In this document: piece after piece, positions 62,816 through 64,000 of the stretch
How the letters are laid out: each line of letters begins with the position of its first letter
How positions within the stretch are numbered: the first letter of the stretch is position 1
NCBI GenBank assembly: GCA_965603825.1
Contig: CBFDEM010000025.1
Location: 310,001-374,000, forward strand
DNA length: 64,000 bases
DNA from: Blepharisma stoltei ATCC 30299
Taxonomy: Eukaryota; Protista; Ciliophora
Reading direction: 5' to 3'
Notes under the pieces: generated by a model
Seen by the model: the letters and a program-made list of their open reading frames with translations, nothing else
What the model was told of the DNA's origin: nothing
Database searches by the model: none
Position numbers and translations under genes: made by a program

Positions 62816-63398
62816 ATATTTTTGACGTATAAAAATTCCTATAAATATGATGAAGCAAAATGCAATAAATTACTAATAATACTTATAATAATTCCACCTT
62901 TAAGAATTAGTATTATCTAAATGATATTTTATGCTTCCAATAAGCGAAAAGCAGTAAAACGTGCTAAAAAATAAAATATTAGATATTTATAAATAAAATA
63001 TTTTTGATTATATTTTAAAGTTAAGCTATAACACTTTATCATATAATTTTATTTAGATTTAATAAACTTGATTTGCTGAGTTATCTTTAGCTATTTAAGA
63101 AAATATTGATATTTAAGGGAAATTATCCAAAAAGTGCCAAGTTTGAAAGAGACGAAGAAATTGTAGGTGTTTTAGTTAAAGTGGATAAGGATTTCTAGGC
63201 TTCGCTATGATTATGCAAGGAGAATTTTGAAAATTGAGAAATGATTTGAAGTTCTAATAAGAGGATGCAGGGCTCAGTTTATAAGTCAGATCTAAGAGAG
63301 TTAAGGGTAGTTCTGGGTTTATTGACAACCTTAAATATATTATGAAAACGATGAATTTATATTTAGATCAAATCATTTTAGCAATAAAATAAACTTAG

Positions 63399-64000
63399 CT
63401 AATAAGTGGGAGACTTCATCTCTAGTTTATCTTCCTGTCCTCTTCTAAAATCAAAGCCACTCGTAGCAATTTCTCTGCTCATTTTCATATCTTCATGCTT
63501 AGAAATGATATAAATGATTCTCTGACTCATAACTTCCAGTGGGTGTTTTTTCGGGTCGATGATATAAATAACATTTCCTGTGTTCTTTTCCAGCAAATAT
63601 ATGCACCCAATATTCTGGAAAACCTCTTTCAGCCCGCTCCTCACTTCTTCATTTGCAGGATAAGCAGCAAGCATATCTTTCGAATAAGTCGCCACATATT
63701 GTGCCAGAGTGTCTGGAGAAATCTGCTCATCCATAGCAACAAAAAGAGACTCCAGTAAAATAGTTTTCCTTAGTAAGACATATCGCTGAAGCCTGGAAAA
63801 CCTTTGCATTGCCATATGGCTCCCAGTGATTTCTCCATGATACACGAGTGCATATCTATCCTTAGCAATGTTGTCTGTGCTGATTAGTCTGCCATATTCT
63901 TCGTGTGGCTTCGTAAGAACCAGTTCCCAGAACTTGTAATCATAATCTGAAGCATCATAGTCTTTAGCTGGAAGGTTGCTCAGGTACTTGATTTCAAATT
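63399..64000 (-). CDS. Partial CDS (5' end outside the window); possible divergent SCO/thioredoxin-fold protein
   Basis: The frame is open to the window edge. GRLISTDNIAKDRYALVYHG...SLFVAMDEQISPDTLAQYVATYS...IYLLEKNTGNV parallels the SCO1/SenC pattern but has no CxxxC. Confidence 0.6.
   Translation of the reverse strand, partial: FEIKYLSNLPAKDYDASDYDYKFWELVLTKPHEEYGRLISTDNIAKDRYALVYHGEITGSHMAMQRFSRLQRYVLLRKTILLESLFVAMDEQISPDTLAQYVATYSKDMLAAYPANEEVRSGLKEVFQNIGCIYLLEKNTGNVIYIIDPKKHPLEVMSQRIIYIISKHEDMKMSREIATSGFDFRRGQEDKLEMKSPTY

Noticed and set aside
1-64000. tRNA/rRNA genes, telomeric repeats, transposase or intact mobile elements
   Set aside because: None were recognisable by eye; tRNAscan-SE, Infernal and comparison with germline reads would be needed to exclude small RNAs or IES junctions.

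Overview
This is AT-rich, gene-dense eukaryotic DNA that reads as a heterotrich ciliate macronuclear chromosome, most likely Blepharisma or a close relative. Two signals support this. UGA is read as Trp at conserved Trp positions while UAA/UAG remain stops, and introns are 15-nt GTAA...A10...YAG units. The supplied ORF track uses the wrong code and fragments or misses genes; re-reading gives about 23 genes. The window is dominated by one 28.0-kb ORF (17623..45633, minus, 9,336 aa). It encodes a signal peptide, about 200 six-cysteine repeats in a 780-bp higher-order array, REJ-like and GAIN/GPS regions, and 5 TM helices of polycystin-1 type. Next to it (about 13.3-15.8 kb) are two decayed, 5'-truncated genes joined head-to-head whose motifs match the yeast-type beta-1,2-mannosyltransferase (BMT/GT91) family; the ORF track does not show this. 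Flanking genes are CDC14, a stand-alone GN3L/Grn1 domain, two RING/B-box paralogues, an AK8-like kinase, a hidden ER thioredoxin, a cNMP-domain K+ channel, PAQR, pentapeptide+WD40, PP2C, ARID2-like, ODF3/STPG, MORN, calpain, CDPK and a partial SCO-like protein. Family assignments come from motif recognition by eye; no database searches were run.
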